A stretch of 64,000 nucleotides of DNA from Pseudorhodoferax sp. (GCF_047601025.1 NZ_JASGJZ010000001.1:5290691-5354690), one strand, 5' to 3'. Positions 38,111 to 47,229 are shown, counted from the stretch's first letter. Numbers and translations are program-made. The notes: generated by a model from the sequence alone, not told the origin.

Positions 38111-39903
38111 GCACCGCCCGGCCGCCCGAAGGGGCTGATTCCCTCCCGGAGGGACCGGGCCGCAGGCCCGAAGGTGCACCGATGAACAGTGGACGAATCT
38201 GGGCTGCGTTGCAGCAATCGGCCATGGTGGGCGCGGATCGCCTGCCCGTGCCGCAGGTCTTCATGCAGGGCGTGGATGGTTCAGCGCCGGCCAGCGAGCG
38301 GGCGTTGCGGGCCGCGCTCACGGCACCCGCCAGTTCGCCCGCCGAGCAGTTGCTGCGCGCCAGCGCCGTCGCCGCCGTACTGGAGCGCGCGGGCTGGGCG
38401 CCGCAGCCCGTCCCGGCCGCGCAGGCGGCACCGCCCGCCCCGGCCGAGACGCGCCCCGAGCCCGAGGACGCACGCCTGCTGGCCCTGATGCGCGAGGTGC
38501 TGCAGGACGGCCCGCAGGACCTGCTGGCCCCGATGTGCGCGGCACTGGACCGGGCCGGGCTGCGCCTGCCCCACGGCATGCTGGTCGAGGCGCTGGAGCA
38601 GGGGCGCCAGTCCGTCGCGCTGCGCCCCTGGCTGACGCCGGTGCTGGGCGAGCGCGGGCGCTGGCTGGCCGCGCTCAACCCGCCATGGGGCTATGCCCAC
38701 GGCGTGCAGGAAACCGCCGACCCCGACCAGGTGTGGCAGGAAGGCTCGCTGGACCAGCGCGTGGCCCTGCTGCACGGCGAGCGCGAGGCCGACCCGGCCA
38801 AGGCCCGAGCACGCCTGGAGGCCAGCCTGAAGGAGCTGGGCGCCAAGGAGCGTTTGCCGATGGTGCAGGCGCTGGCGCAAGGCCTGTCGATGGACGACGA
38901 ACCGCTGCTGGACAAGCTGCTGTCCGACCGCAGCAAGGACGTGCGCGACGCCGCCGCGCGCCTGCTGTCCTGCCTGCCCGGCAGCGCCCATTGCCAGCGC
39001 ATCACCGGCTGGCTGCTGCCCATGCTCACCCGCCACGAGAAGACGGGCATCGGCAACTGGCTGAAATCCGTGCTGACCAAGAACGCCCAGGACGACTGGA
39101 CGATCGAGCCGCCCGAAGAAGGCTTGCAGGACTGGGAGCGCGACGGCATCACGCTGCAGCCGCCTTCATGGTTCAGGGGCGTCACGGCCGGCGTCAAGGC
39201 CTGGTGGCTGCAGCAGTTCGCCGAGTTGGCACCCCTCGGCTTCTGGACCCGGACCCTGGGCAAGACGCCGGCCGAGCTGTGGGCATGGAGCGGCCGCAGC
39301 GACTGGAAAACCTCGCTGCGCCAGGGTTGGCTGGCGGCGCTGGGCTACCAGAGCCGCTTCCAGCGCGACGAGGGCGAGGGCTGGCTGCAGCTGCTGCTGG
39401 GCATGCAGCGCAATGCGCAGGCCGAGGCCGCGTCGGCCACGCTGCTGGCCCAGCTCACCCCCGCGCAGCGCGAGGCCGTGTGGCTGGCCCAGGTCGAGCG
39501 CGACAAGGGCCGCCTGGTCGACACCATCCTGGGCATCGACAACGGCCTGCCGGCCGCGGCACGGCTCTCGCCCGCGCTGTCCGCTCGCCTGGTCGATGAA
39601 ATCGGCCGGGCCACGGCGGGCAGCGGCCAGGCCACCGGCAACTGGTACGGCTACCAGGCCGACCAGGCCCTGCTGGCCTGTGCGCGCCGGCTCGACACCG
39701 GCACGCTGCCGCGCTTTGCGCAGCTGTGGCGCCAGGCCAGGCCCGTGGCGCCCGAAGCCGACACGCCCGCCACGCTCACGCCCGAACAGCACGACAAGCT
39801 GGTGCGCGCCCGGCACCGGCCCTGGGACGACGAGCGCCTGCGCGTCCGGCTGGAGCGCAGCGTCGAGTTGCGCCTTGCCCTGCACCAGACACTGAACCCC
39901 TGA
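38107..39903 (+). CDS. Helical-repeat (HEAT-like) protein, DUF5691-type partner (gene 2)
   Basis: 598 aa, Ala/Leu-rich. HEAT-like segment LLSDRSKDVRDAAARLLSCLPGS. Its position between the SWIM and AAA genes matches the architecture I recall as SWIM/DUF5691/AAA/DUF5682/VWA. Confidence 0.6.
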   Translation: MSTARPPEGADSLPEGPGRRPEGAPMNSGRIWAALQQSAMVGADRLPVPQVFMQGVDGSAPASERALRAALTAPASSPAEQLLRASAVAAVLERAGWAPQPVPAAQAAPPAPAETRPEPEDARLLALMREVLQDGPQDLLAPMCAALDRAGLRLPHGMLVEALEQGRQSVALRPWLTPVLGERGRWLAALNPPWGYAHGVQETADPDQVWQEGSLDQRVALLHGEREADPAKARARLEASLKELGAKERLPMVQALAQGLSMDDEPLLDKLLSDRSKDVRDAAARLLSCLPGSAHCQRITGWLLPMLTRHEKTGIGNWLKSVLTKNAQDDWTIEPPEEGLQDWERDGITLQPPSWFRGVTAGVKAWWLQQFAELAPLGFWTRTLGKTPAELWAWSGRSDWKTSLRQGWLAALGYQSRFQRDEGEGWLQLLLGMQRNAQAEAASATLLAQLTPAQREAVWLAQVERDKGRLVDTILGIDNGLPAAARLSPALSARLVDEIGRATAGSGQATGNWYGYQADQALLACARRLDTGTLPRFAQLWRQARPVAPEADTPATLTPEQHDKLVRARHRPWDDERLRVRLERSVELRLALHQTLNP

Positions 39904-39929
39904 CTTCCTGAATCCGAGCCCGACACACC

Positions 39930-41012
39930 ATGAGCCAAGTCCTGCGCCAACACGCCGAACAGCAATTCGCCGAAGAACTCGACGCCCTGCAGAAGGTGGA
40001 CGACCGTCCGCGCCCGCCCAACTGGAAGCTCTCGCCCTGGGCCGTGCTGCAGTACCTGATGGGCGGCAAGCTCTCCAACGGCTTCGAGGTCAGCGCCAAG
40101 TACATCGGCAACCCGCGCCTGATGGAGATCGCCGTCTCCACCCTGGCCACCGACCGCGCGCTGCTGCTCTACGGCGTGCCGGGCACGGCCAAGTCCTGGG
40201 TGTCCGAGCACCTGTCGGCCGCGGTCAGCGGTGACTCGACGATGCTGATCCAGGGCACGGCCGGCACCAGCGAGGAGCAACTGCGCTACGGCTGGAACTA
40301 TGCGCAGCTGCTGGCCCACGGCCCGTCCGACAAGGCGCTGATCCCCAGCCCGCTGGTCAACGCGATGCGGCTGGGCAAGATCGCGCGCATCGAGGAGCTG
40401 ACGCGCATCCCGGCCGACGTGCAGGACACCTTGATCACCGTGCTGTCCGAAAAGACCTTGCCCGTGCCCGAGCTGGGCACCGAGTTCCAGGCGGTCTCGG
40501 GCTTCTCGGTCATCGCCACGGCCAACAACCGCGACAAGGGCGTCAACGAGCTGTCGAGCGCGCTCAAGCGCCGTTTCAACACCGTGGTGCTGCCGGTGCC
40601 GGCCTCGCAGGACGAGGAGGTGCAGATCGTCACCAAGCGCGTGACCGAGCAGGGCCGCGCGCTGCAGCTGCCGGCCGAGCCGCCCGCGCTACAGGAGGTG
40701 CGCCGCGTGGTGCAGATCTTCCGCGAGCTGCGCAGCGGCCAGACCGAGGACGGCAAGACCGTGCGCGTCAAGTCGCCCAGTTCCACGCTGTCCACCGCCG
40801 AGGCGATCTCGGTCATCAACAGCGGCATGGCGCTGGCCGGCCACTTTGGCGACGGCGTGCTGCGCGCGGCCGACGTGGCCTCGGGCCTGCTGGGCGCGGT
40901 CATCAAGGACCCGGTGCAGGACACCGTGGTGTGGAAGGAATACCTGGAGACCGTGGTCAAGGAACGCAGCGACTGGAGAGACCTGTACCGGGCCTGCCGC
41001 GAGCAGCTGTAA
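39930..41012 (+). CDS. MoxR-class AAA+ ATPase (AAA_5/dynein-related type) (gene 3)
   Basis: Walker A LLYGVPGTAKS, Walker B-like GKIARIEELTR. Sensor and Arg-finger region VIATANNRDKGVNELSSALKRRF. 360 aa. Confidence 0.85.
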   Translation: MSQVLRQHAEQQFAEELDALQKVDDRPRPPNWKLSPWAVLQYLMGGKLSNGFEVSAKYIGNPRLMEIAVSTLATDRALLLYGVPGTAKSWVSEHLSAAVSGDSTMLIQGTAGTSEEQLRYGWNYAQLLAHGPSDKALIPSPLVNAMRLGKIARIEELTRIPADVQDTLITVLSEKTLPVPELGTEFQAVSGFSVIATANNRDKGVNELSSALKRRFNTVVLPVPASQDEEVQIVTKRVTEQGRALQLPAEPPALQEVRRVVQIFRELRSGQTEDGKTVRVKSPSSTLSTAEAISVINSGMALAGHFGDGVLRAADVASGLLGAVIKDPVQDTVVWKEYLETVVKERSDWRDLYRACREQL

Positions 41013-41016
41013 GCCG

Positions 41017-43500
41017 ATGAGCGACGACGCACTGCGTTTCTTCGGCATCCGCCACCACGGCCCGGGCTGCGCGCGCAGCCTGCTGGCGGCGCTGGCGCAA
41101 TGGCAGCCCGACTGCCTGCTGGTCGAAGGCCCGGCCGAGGGCGAGGCGCTGCTGCCCATGCTGCAAAGCCCCGAGCTGCGCCCGCCGGTGGCCATGCTGG
41201 TCTACCGGCAGGACGAGCCCAGCCACGCGGCCTTCTACCCGTTTGCCGAGTTCTCGCCCGAATGGCAGGCGCTGCAATGGGCCAGCCGCCAGGGCGTGGC
41301 CACGCGCTTCATCGACCTGCCGCAGACCCACGCGATGGCGCTGGAAATGCAGCGGCGCGAACAGCTGGAACAAGCAAGGGCACAGGAAAAAAAGAACGCG
41401 CAGGAAGGCGAGGATCACCACGACGAGGCCGACCTCACCCCCGATGACACGCTGCGCGACCCGCTGGACTGGCTGGCCCATGCCGCCGGCTTCCAGGACG
41501 GCGAAAGCTGGTGGAACCGCATGGTGGAAGAGCGCGGCGACAGCGAGGCCCTGTTCGAAGGCATCACCGAGGCCATGACGGCCGTGCGCGCCGAAATCGA
41601 CCAGGACAGCGCGCAGGACAACGGGCATTGGCGCGGCGAGGCCTATGCCCGCCGCGAGGCGCTGCGCGAGGCCTGGATGCGCCAGTGCATCCGCGAAGCA
41701 CTGAAGGCCGGCCACCAGCGCATTGCCGTGGTCTGCGGCGCCTGGCACGTGCCGGCGCTCAAGGCCAGCGTCACGGCCAAGGCCGACGCCGCCTTGCTCA
41801 AGGGCCTGCCCAAGGCCAAGGTGCAGGCCACCTGGGCGCCGTGGACCTACCGCAACCTGGCCAGCAGCAGCGGCTACGGCGCGGGCGTCACCTCACCCGG
41901 CTGGTACGAGCACCTGTGGCAATGCCACCGGCCCCACCTGCCGGCGCCAGACGGAGAAGCCGGCACAAGCACGGCGAGCGCCGCCACCCTGCGCACCGCC
42001 GGCTGGCTGACGCGCGTGGCGCGCCTGCTGCGCAGCAAGGACCTGGACTGCTCCAGCGCCCACGTCATCGAGGCCACGCGCCTGGCCGAGAGCCTGGCCG
42101 CCCTGCGCGGCCAGCCCACGCCAGGGCTGCAGGAGATCAACGAGGCCATCGGCACGGTGATCTGCATGGGCGAGAGCGCGCCGCTGCGCCTGATCGAGCA
42201 CGAGCTGACCGTGGGCGACGTGCTGGGCGCCGTGCCCGCCGACGTGCCCCAGGTGCCGCTGCAACGCGACATCGAGCAGCAGCAGAAAACCCTGCGCCTC
42301 AAGCCCGAGCCGGCCGCCAAGCTGCTGGCGCTGGACCTGCGCAAGGACACCGACCTGGCGCGCAGCCACTTCCTGCACCGGCTGCGGCTGCTGGGCATCG
42401 CCTGGGGCACGCAGGCGCGCGATGCCCAGCGCAGCCGCGGCACCTTCCGCGAGAGCTGGCAACTGCAATGGGCGCCCGAGCTGGCCGTGCGCATCATCGA
42501 GGCCAGCGTGCACGGCGCCACCGTGGCCCAGGCCGCCACGGCCCGGCTGCGCGCCAGCCTGACGCCCGAGACGCCGCTGCCCCAGATCGCCCAGGCCATC
42601 GACGATGCGCTGCTGGCCGACCTGCCCGCGCTGGTCGAAGCCCTGATCGCCACGCTGGCCGAGCGCGCCGCCACCACCGGCGACGTGGCCCAGCTGCTGC
42701 AGGCCCTGCCGCCGCTGGCCAGCGTCTACCGCTACGGCAGCGTGCGCCAGACCGACACCGCCTTGCTGGCCACGGTGATCGACTCGCTGGCGCTGCGTGC
42801 CGCCATCGCCCTGCCCGTGGCCTGCATGGCCATGGACGAGGACGCCGCCGCCGCCATGCAGGCCAAGGTGCTGGCCGCGCACGAGGCGCTGCGCCTGCGC
42901 GGCGACGGCGATGGCAACAGCCGTGACGACAGCGGCAACGGTGACGACGACGAGCCCGCACAGGACGCCGGCCAGGCCTGGCGCGCCGCGCTGCGCAGCC
43001 TGGCCGTGGGCGACGCAGCGGCGGCCCGGCTGCGCGGCATGGCCTGCCGCCTGCTGCTGGACGAGCACCTGCTGGGCAGCGGCGAGGCCGTGGCCCAGTT
43101 CAACCGCAACCTGTCGCTGGGCGTGGCGCCCATGGACGTGGCCGCCTGGCTGGACGGCTTCCTGAACCGCCAGGCGCTGGTGCTGCTGCACGACGACGCC
43201 ATCTCGGGCGCGGTGGACACCTGGCTCACGCAGCTGGGCGAGGCGCAGTTCGCGCAGATCCTGCCGCTGGTGCGGCGCAGCTTTTCCGACTTCAGCAAGC
43301 ACGACCGCCAGCGCCTGGGTGAGAAGGTCAAGCGCTCGCCCAGCCCGGGCGCCGCCACCGCCGTGGCCATGGCGCCCGCGCCGGCCGGCGACGAAACCCC
43401 GCCCTGGGACGAACCGCGCGCCGCACTCGCCCTGCCGGTGCTCGGCCAGTTGCTGGGCTTGGCCTTTTCTTCAGAAGCATCCACCATGGATAACCCATGA
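41017..43500 (+). CDS. Large DUF5682-type protein with N-terminal TraB/PrgY/GumN-like domain (gene 4)
   Basis: 827 aa, starting 4 nt after the AAA stop. N-terminal motifs FFGIRHHGPG...PDCLLVEGP, FAEFSPEWQAL...ATRFIDLP, REALREAWM and IAVVCGAWHVPAL. The C-terminal ~570 aa are Ala/Leu-rich and helical. The stop overlaps the vWA start. Confidence 0.65.
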   Translation: MSDDALRFFGIRHHGPGCARSLLAALAQWQPDCLLVEGPAEGEALLPMLQSPELRPPVAMLVYRQDEPSHAAFYPFAEFSPEWQALQWASRQGVATRFIDLPQTHAMALEMQRREQLEQARAQEKKNAQEGEDHHDEADLTPDDTLRDPLDWLAHAAGFQDGESWWNRMVEERGDSEALFEGITEAMTAVRAEIDQDSAQDNGHWRGEAYARREALREAWMRQCIREALKAGHQRIAVVCGAWHVPALKASVTAKADAALLKGLPKAKVQATWAPWTYRNLASSSGYGAGVTSPGWYEHLWQCHRPHLPAPDGEAGTSTASAATLRTAGWLTRVARLLRSKDLDCSSAHVIEATRLAESLAALRGQPTPGLQEINEAIGTVICMGESAPLRLIEHELTVGDVLGAVPADVPQVPLQRDIEQQQKTLRLKPEPAAKLLALDLRKDTDLARSHFLHRLRLLGIAWGTQARDAQRSRGTFRESWQLQWAPELAVRIIEASVHGATVAQAATARLRASLTPETPLPQIAQAIDDALLADLPALVEALIATLAERAATTGDVAQLLQALPPLASVYRYGSVRQTDTALLATVIDSLALRAAIALPVACMAMDEDAAAAMQAKVLAAHEALRLRGDGDGNSRDDSGNGDDDEPAQDAGQAWRAALRSLAVGDAAAARLRGMACRLLLDEHLLGSGEAVAQFNRNLSLGVAPMDVAAWLDGFLNRQALVLLHDDAISGAVDTWLTQLGEAQFAQILPLVRRSFSDFSKHDRQRLGEKVKRSPSPGAATAVAMAPAPAGDETPPWDEPRAALALPVLGQLLGLAFSSEASTMDNP

Positions 43501-44711
43501 GCGACGCGACCTCGACCGCCTCACCCGACCAGGACCCGGCCCAGGAGCTGCCACCCACCACGCGCCTGCAACGCTGGCGCATGGTGCTGGGCAGCCCGGC
43601 CGACATCAGCTGCGGCGGCGTGGCCGGCCGCCTGCAGGAGATGGACCAGGCACTGGCCGCGCTGTACGAGGAAGACAGCCAGCTCGGCGCGCGCAAATCC
43701 CGCACCGGCGGGCGCGGCAACTCGTCACCCACCGTATCGCGCTGGCTGGGCGACATCCGCAAGTACTTTCCCAGCCAGGTGGTGCAGGTGATGCAGCGCG
43801 ACGCCATGGAGCGCCTGAACCTGCGCGAGCTGCTGCTGCAGCCCGAGATGCTGGACAACGTGCAGCCCGACGTGCACCTGGTGGCCGACCTGATCTCGCT
43901 GGGCTCGGTGATCCCGCAGAACACCAAGGCCACCGCGCGCCTGGTGGTGCGCAAGGTGGTCGACGAGCTGATGAAACGGCTGGAAGAACCCATGCGCAGC
44001 GCCGTGGCCGGCGCGCTGGACCGCAGCCAGCGCAACCGCCGCCCACGCCACGCCGAGATCGACTGGAACCGCACCATCCGCGCCAACCTGCGCCACTGGC
44101 AGCCCGAGTACAAGACCATCGTGCCCGAGACGCTGATCGGCTACGGCCGCAAGGCGCGCCGCCCGCAGCGCGAGGTGATCCTGTGCATCGACCAGAGCGG
44201 CTCCATGGCCAACTCGGTCGTGTACGCCAGCATCTTCGGCGCGGTGATGGCCAGCCTGCCGGCCGTCTCCACCAAGCTGGTGGTGTTCGACACCGCGGTG
44301 GTCGACCTGACCGACCAGCTCGACGACCCGGTGGACGTGCTGTTCGGCGTGCAACTGGGCGGCGGCACCGACATCAACGGCGCCGTCGGCTACTGCCAGG
44401 GCCTGATCAGCGAGCCGCGCAACAGCATCCTGGTGCTGATCTCCGACCTGTACGAAGGCGGCGTCGAATCAGGCCTGCTGCGCCGCGCCAACGAGCTGGT
44501 CGAGTCCGGCGTGCAGTTCATCACCCTGCTGGCCCTGAGCGACGAAGGCGCCCCCGCCTACGACGCCGAGCTGGCCGCCAAGCTGGCCGCCCTGGGCGTG
44601 CCCTCGTTCGCCTGCACCCCCGACGCCTTCCCCCAACTCATGGCCGCCGCCATCCGCCGCGACGACGTGGCCGCCTGGGCTGCGACGCAGGGGTTCAAGA
44701 CGAGCCGGTAG
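43497..44711 (+). CDS. CoxE-like von Willebrand factor A (vWA) domain protein (gene 5)
   Basis: The MIDAS motif VILCIDQSGSM and downstream GGGTD/ISDLYEG elements lie in the C-terminal half. The N-terminal helical region is typical of CoxE-type vWA partners of MoxR ATPases. Confidence 0.85.
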   Translation: MSDATSTASPDQDPAQELPPTTRLQRWRMVLGSPADISCGGVAGRLQEMDQALAALYEEDSQLGARKSRTGGRGNSSPTVSRWLGDIRKYFPSQVVQVMQRDAMERLNLRELLLQPEMLDNVQPDVHLVADLISLGSVIPQNTKATARLVVRKVVDELMKRLEEPMRSAVAGALDRSQRNRRPRHAEIDWNRTIRANLRHWQPEYKTIVPETLIGYGRKARRPQREVILCIDQSGSMANSVVYASIFGAVMASLPAVSTKLVVFDTAVVDLTDQLDDPVDVLFGVQLGGGTDINGAVGYCQGLISEPRNSILVLISDLYEGGVESGLLRRANELVESGVQFITLLALSDEGAPAYDAELAAKLAALGVPSFACTPDAFPQLMAAAIRRDDVAAWAATQGFKTSR

Positions 44712-44763
44712 CCGGGCCGACCGATCACGGTCGAGTAGCTAGGCCATTCGGCTTCGCCCTCAC

Positions 44764-44797
44764 AGATCCGAGCATGCGGCTTTCCCGCACTCGGCTC
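44764..44797 (-). ncRNA. Group II intron domain V-like hairpin
   Basis: The minus strand reads GAGCCGAGUGCGG-GAAA-GCCGCAUGCUCGGAUC. The canonical form is GAGCCGUAUGCGGUGAAAGCCGCACGUACGGUUC. An AGC triad, a GAAA tetraloop and nearly complete pairing are all present. Confidence 0.65.
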
Positions 44798-44816
44798 TTC
44801 CCGAAGGTCTGACGCG

Positions 44817-45692
44817 TCATATACGTTGCTGTGCCCAAGAACGAGTGATCCGCACCGATGGCAGAGGGTAGCGCGCTGTCACTGCGTCAAACCAGTCCCA
44901 TCCTGCGCTGCGAGATCGCTGGCTGCGTCGTCGCAAACAGGTGAACCAGATCCGTCGCAGCGCCTGCCGGAACCCGGCTAGAGATCGCCAGTTGTGTGGC
45001 ATGCCGTAGTACGCGCAGTGGCCGCGCAGCACGCTGACGTACCAGCGATGCTGGTACGTCAGGGGGGCATGCATGCGGCGCCACGCGTCACGGCGAAGCT
45101 CGTTCAACTTGCGAGTCATGCGCTTGCTCTGCGTCTTGTGCTTCACGATGAATCGCCCGTCCCTTGTCCATCCACAGTAGTGTGTGAAACCCAGGAAGGC
45201 GAACGTACGGGGTCTTGGCAAACCGGCTCTAGCACAGGCAAGCGCCGTCAGGCGCCCGAAGGCAATCAGCCGAGTCTTCTCCTCATGCAACGTCAGGCCA
45301 AACTGGTTCAGCCTGACCTTCAGTTCGACCACCATCTTCTCCGCATCGGCCTTGCTCTCAAATCCCGTCACGAAATCGTCGGCGTAGCGCACGATGCTCA
45401 CACGGCCGCGCGCGTGACGCCGCCGCCATTGATGGACCCAGAGGTCGAGCACGTAGTGCAGGAAGATGTTGGCCAGCAACGGGCTGATGCCCTCGCCTTG
45501 AGGTGTTCCCCTTTGCGTTTCATGCAACTCATTGCTCTCGAAGACGCCAGCCTCCAGCCACATCCTGATCAGTCTCAGAATGCGCGGATCGGCAATCCTG
45601 TGTACCACCATCCGCATCAGCCACTCGTGGTCAACCGAGTCGAAGAGGCTACGGATGTCGGCGTCGAGCACCCAGTTCATTCGCTGGCTCAT
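44817..45692 (-). pseudogene. Group II intron reverse transcriptase/maturase, N-terminally truncated
   Basis: WVLDADIRSLFDSVDH, GTPQGEGISPLLANIFLH, VRYADDFV, and an X/maturase-like C-terminus (FLGFTHYCG...YYGMPHN). The in-frame homology continues upstream of the Met to about 45780, then stops at the IS256 fragment. Confidence 0.8.
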
Positions 45693-45786
45693 CAGGGCGG
45701 TGTGCAGTGCTGCTAGCGCCCGATGCGGTCGCGTCCCATCCCGTGGTGTAGGTCCACAGCCCGGACAAGGCTGAGATGCACGGTAC

Positions 45787-46480
45787 TCAGCGAGCCACAG
45801 CGGACAGCCGAGTGGGGGCAGTGTCGCTCAGGGCCTGCAGGCCTTCAAGTTGCATGTAGCGCCGGTTGAGCGACCACTCGTCGTTCTGCTCGAGCATCAT
45901 GGCGCCGACCAGGCGCACGATGGACGCGTCGTTGGGAAAGATGCCCACGACGTTGGTGCGCCGCTTGATCTCGGCATTGAGCCGCTCCAGCGGATTGGTG
46001 CTGTAGATCTGCGTCCAGTGCGCCCGCGGGAAGGTCATGAAGGCCAGCACGTCGTTCTCGGCCTCGTCCATCACGGCACTGAGCTTGGGGAACTTGTCCC
46101 GTAGTTGACCGGCCACCGATCTCCACTGCGCCCGGGCCGCCTCGGCAGACTCCTGCACGAACACCGTGCCGATGGCCGCCGAGACCATGCGCCGCTGGGT
46201 CTTGCCGGCGTGCGCCAGGGCGTTGCGCATGAAGTGCACGCGGCAGCGCTGCCAGGTGGCCTTCAGGACCTTGGAGGCGGCCGCCTTGATGCCTTCGTGG
46301 CTGTCGCTGATGAGCAGCTTGACCCCGCGCAGGCCGCGCCGGTTCAGGCTGCGCTAGGCGCTCGGTCCAGAACGGCTCGGCTTCCGAGGCGCCGACCTTC
46401 AGACCCGACACCTCGCGCTGCCCGTCGGTGTTCACGCCGCCAGCGCTCCGCAGCGGCATCCGCCGCCAGGGCCTCAACCC
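45787..46480 (-). pseudogene. IS256-family transposase, N-terminally truncated and frameshifted
   Basis: The C-terminal 150 aa are intact (CRVHFMRNALAHAGK...YSTNPLERLNAEIKRRTNVVGIFPN). Upstream homology continues (RRGLRGVKLLISDSHEGIKAA) up to a stop near 46345. Still further upstream, a third frame carries GVNTDGQREVSGLKVGASEAEPFWTE. The first ~200 aa are missing. Confidence 0.8.
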
Positions 46481-46640
46481 GGCCGGCCCCACCGGCCGCT
46501 TCCACCTGCCGAACGCCTAGGGCATGGAAGGCTGTGAAGTCGGTGCCGGTGCCCGCCGCGTTGCCGACGACGGCGCAGGCCGTGAAGCAGAGGCGCCGGC
46601 CTTGACCCCGGCCGAAAACGGGGCTGCACCAGGGCCCATG

Positions 46641-46671
46641 CGGCAGCTCGGCAGCTCGGCAGCTCGGCAGC
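46641..46671. repeat. 8-bp tandem repeat (CGGCAGCT) x 3.9
   Basis: Read directly: cggcagct cggcagct cggcagct cggcagc. It lies in DNA I could not assign. Confidence 0.9.
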
Positions 46672-47229
46672 GACGGATTCGAGCACCGCTGCAACGCCCT
46701 CGCAGGGCCATGAACGGCTGGCTGCCGCACGCCAGGCACGGCGCTGCCCGCAGAGCGCAGGAACGCGGCGACCTTCCATGGTCAGCATCTGCGCATGGGC
46801 GAGCCCGCGCACCTACTTCCTTCGAGCCGGCCATGCCTGGCGACGCCACCACGTGCTCGAACGCGCATGGAATCTGGTTCCACAGGAAATGACGAAGAAC
46901 CTTTTCTGGCCTGTCGGTCGGACGGCATAACCACAGCTTATTTTCCGCATAAGCAACGCCATCTTTTTCCCCGCCAGGGTTGCGCATGTAATAGACGCCA
47001 ACGATTCGCATGGTCGATATACACGAGGCCATCCACCCGGAGACAAGCATGGAGCATATCCAGGAATCAGTCCATCGCCTTCCTTCCGAACACCAGTGGG
47101 ACCCTATGGCTCGGCGGAGATTGAGCGCCTGTGCCACGGCGCAGACCACGCCCGCATTTCCGCTCTGCGTTCGGACGATGCTTGCAAGTGGATGGAAAGC
47201 AATTCAACCACCCCCATTTCACATGCGGC

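Larger units (their letters stand above)
44734..45780 (-). mobile_element. 5'-truncated group II intron (3' part: RT/maturase remnant plus domains V-VI)
   Basis: An RT ORF remnant with a YADD motif is followed downstream (minus strand) by a domain V-like hairpin. The putative 3' end ...GCCTAGCTAC lies about 23 nt from the vWA stop. RNA domains I-III and RT blocks 0-2 are absent. Confidence 0.7.

Noticed and set aside
36704-46500. The five-gene operon as cargo of an intact prophage, ICE or transposon.
   Set aside because: There is no integrase, tRNA attachment site, conjugation gene or phage structural gene. Flanking repeats are absent, GC is host-like, and the adjacent intron and IS are both dead fragments on one side only.
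46641-46671. The short tandem repeats (CGGCAGCT x 3.9 here, GCGCAG x 5.5 at 58300) considered as CRISPR or other arrays.
   Set aside because: The repeat units are only 6-8 bp with no spacers. One of them is simply an (AQ)n coding repeat. No CRISPR-like repeat-spacer structure occurs anywhere in the window.
46517-47149. The 210-aa minus-strand ORF in the lower-GC stretch, considered as a real gene (for example an integrase or phage remnant).
   Set aside because: It has no recognisable motifs and its composition is Cys/Trp/Arg-rich and atypical. It overlaps possible decayed lyase frames on the other strand. The region is left unassigned.
47131-47229. The N-terminal third of ORF 47131..47502 as part of a functional small protein.
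   Set aside because: Only the C-terminal ~90 residues resemble CitE-family lyases. The upstream part (MPRRRPRPHFRSAF...) has no homology signal, and the ORF is far too short for a functional lyase.
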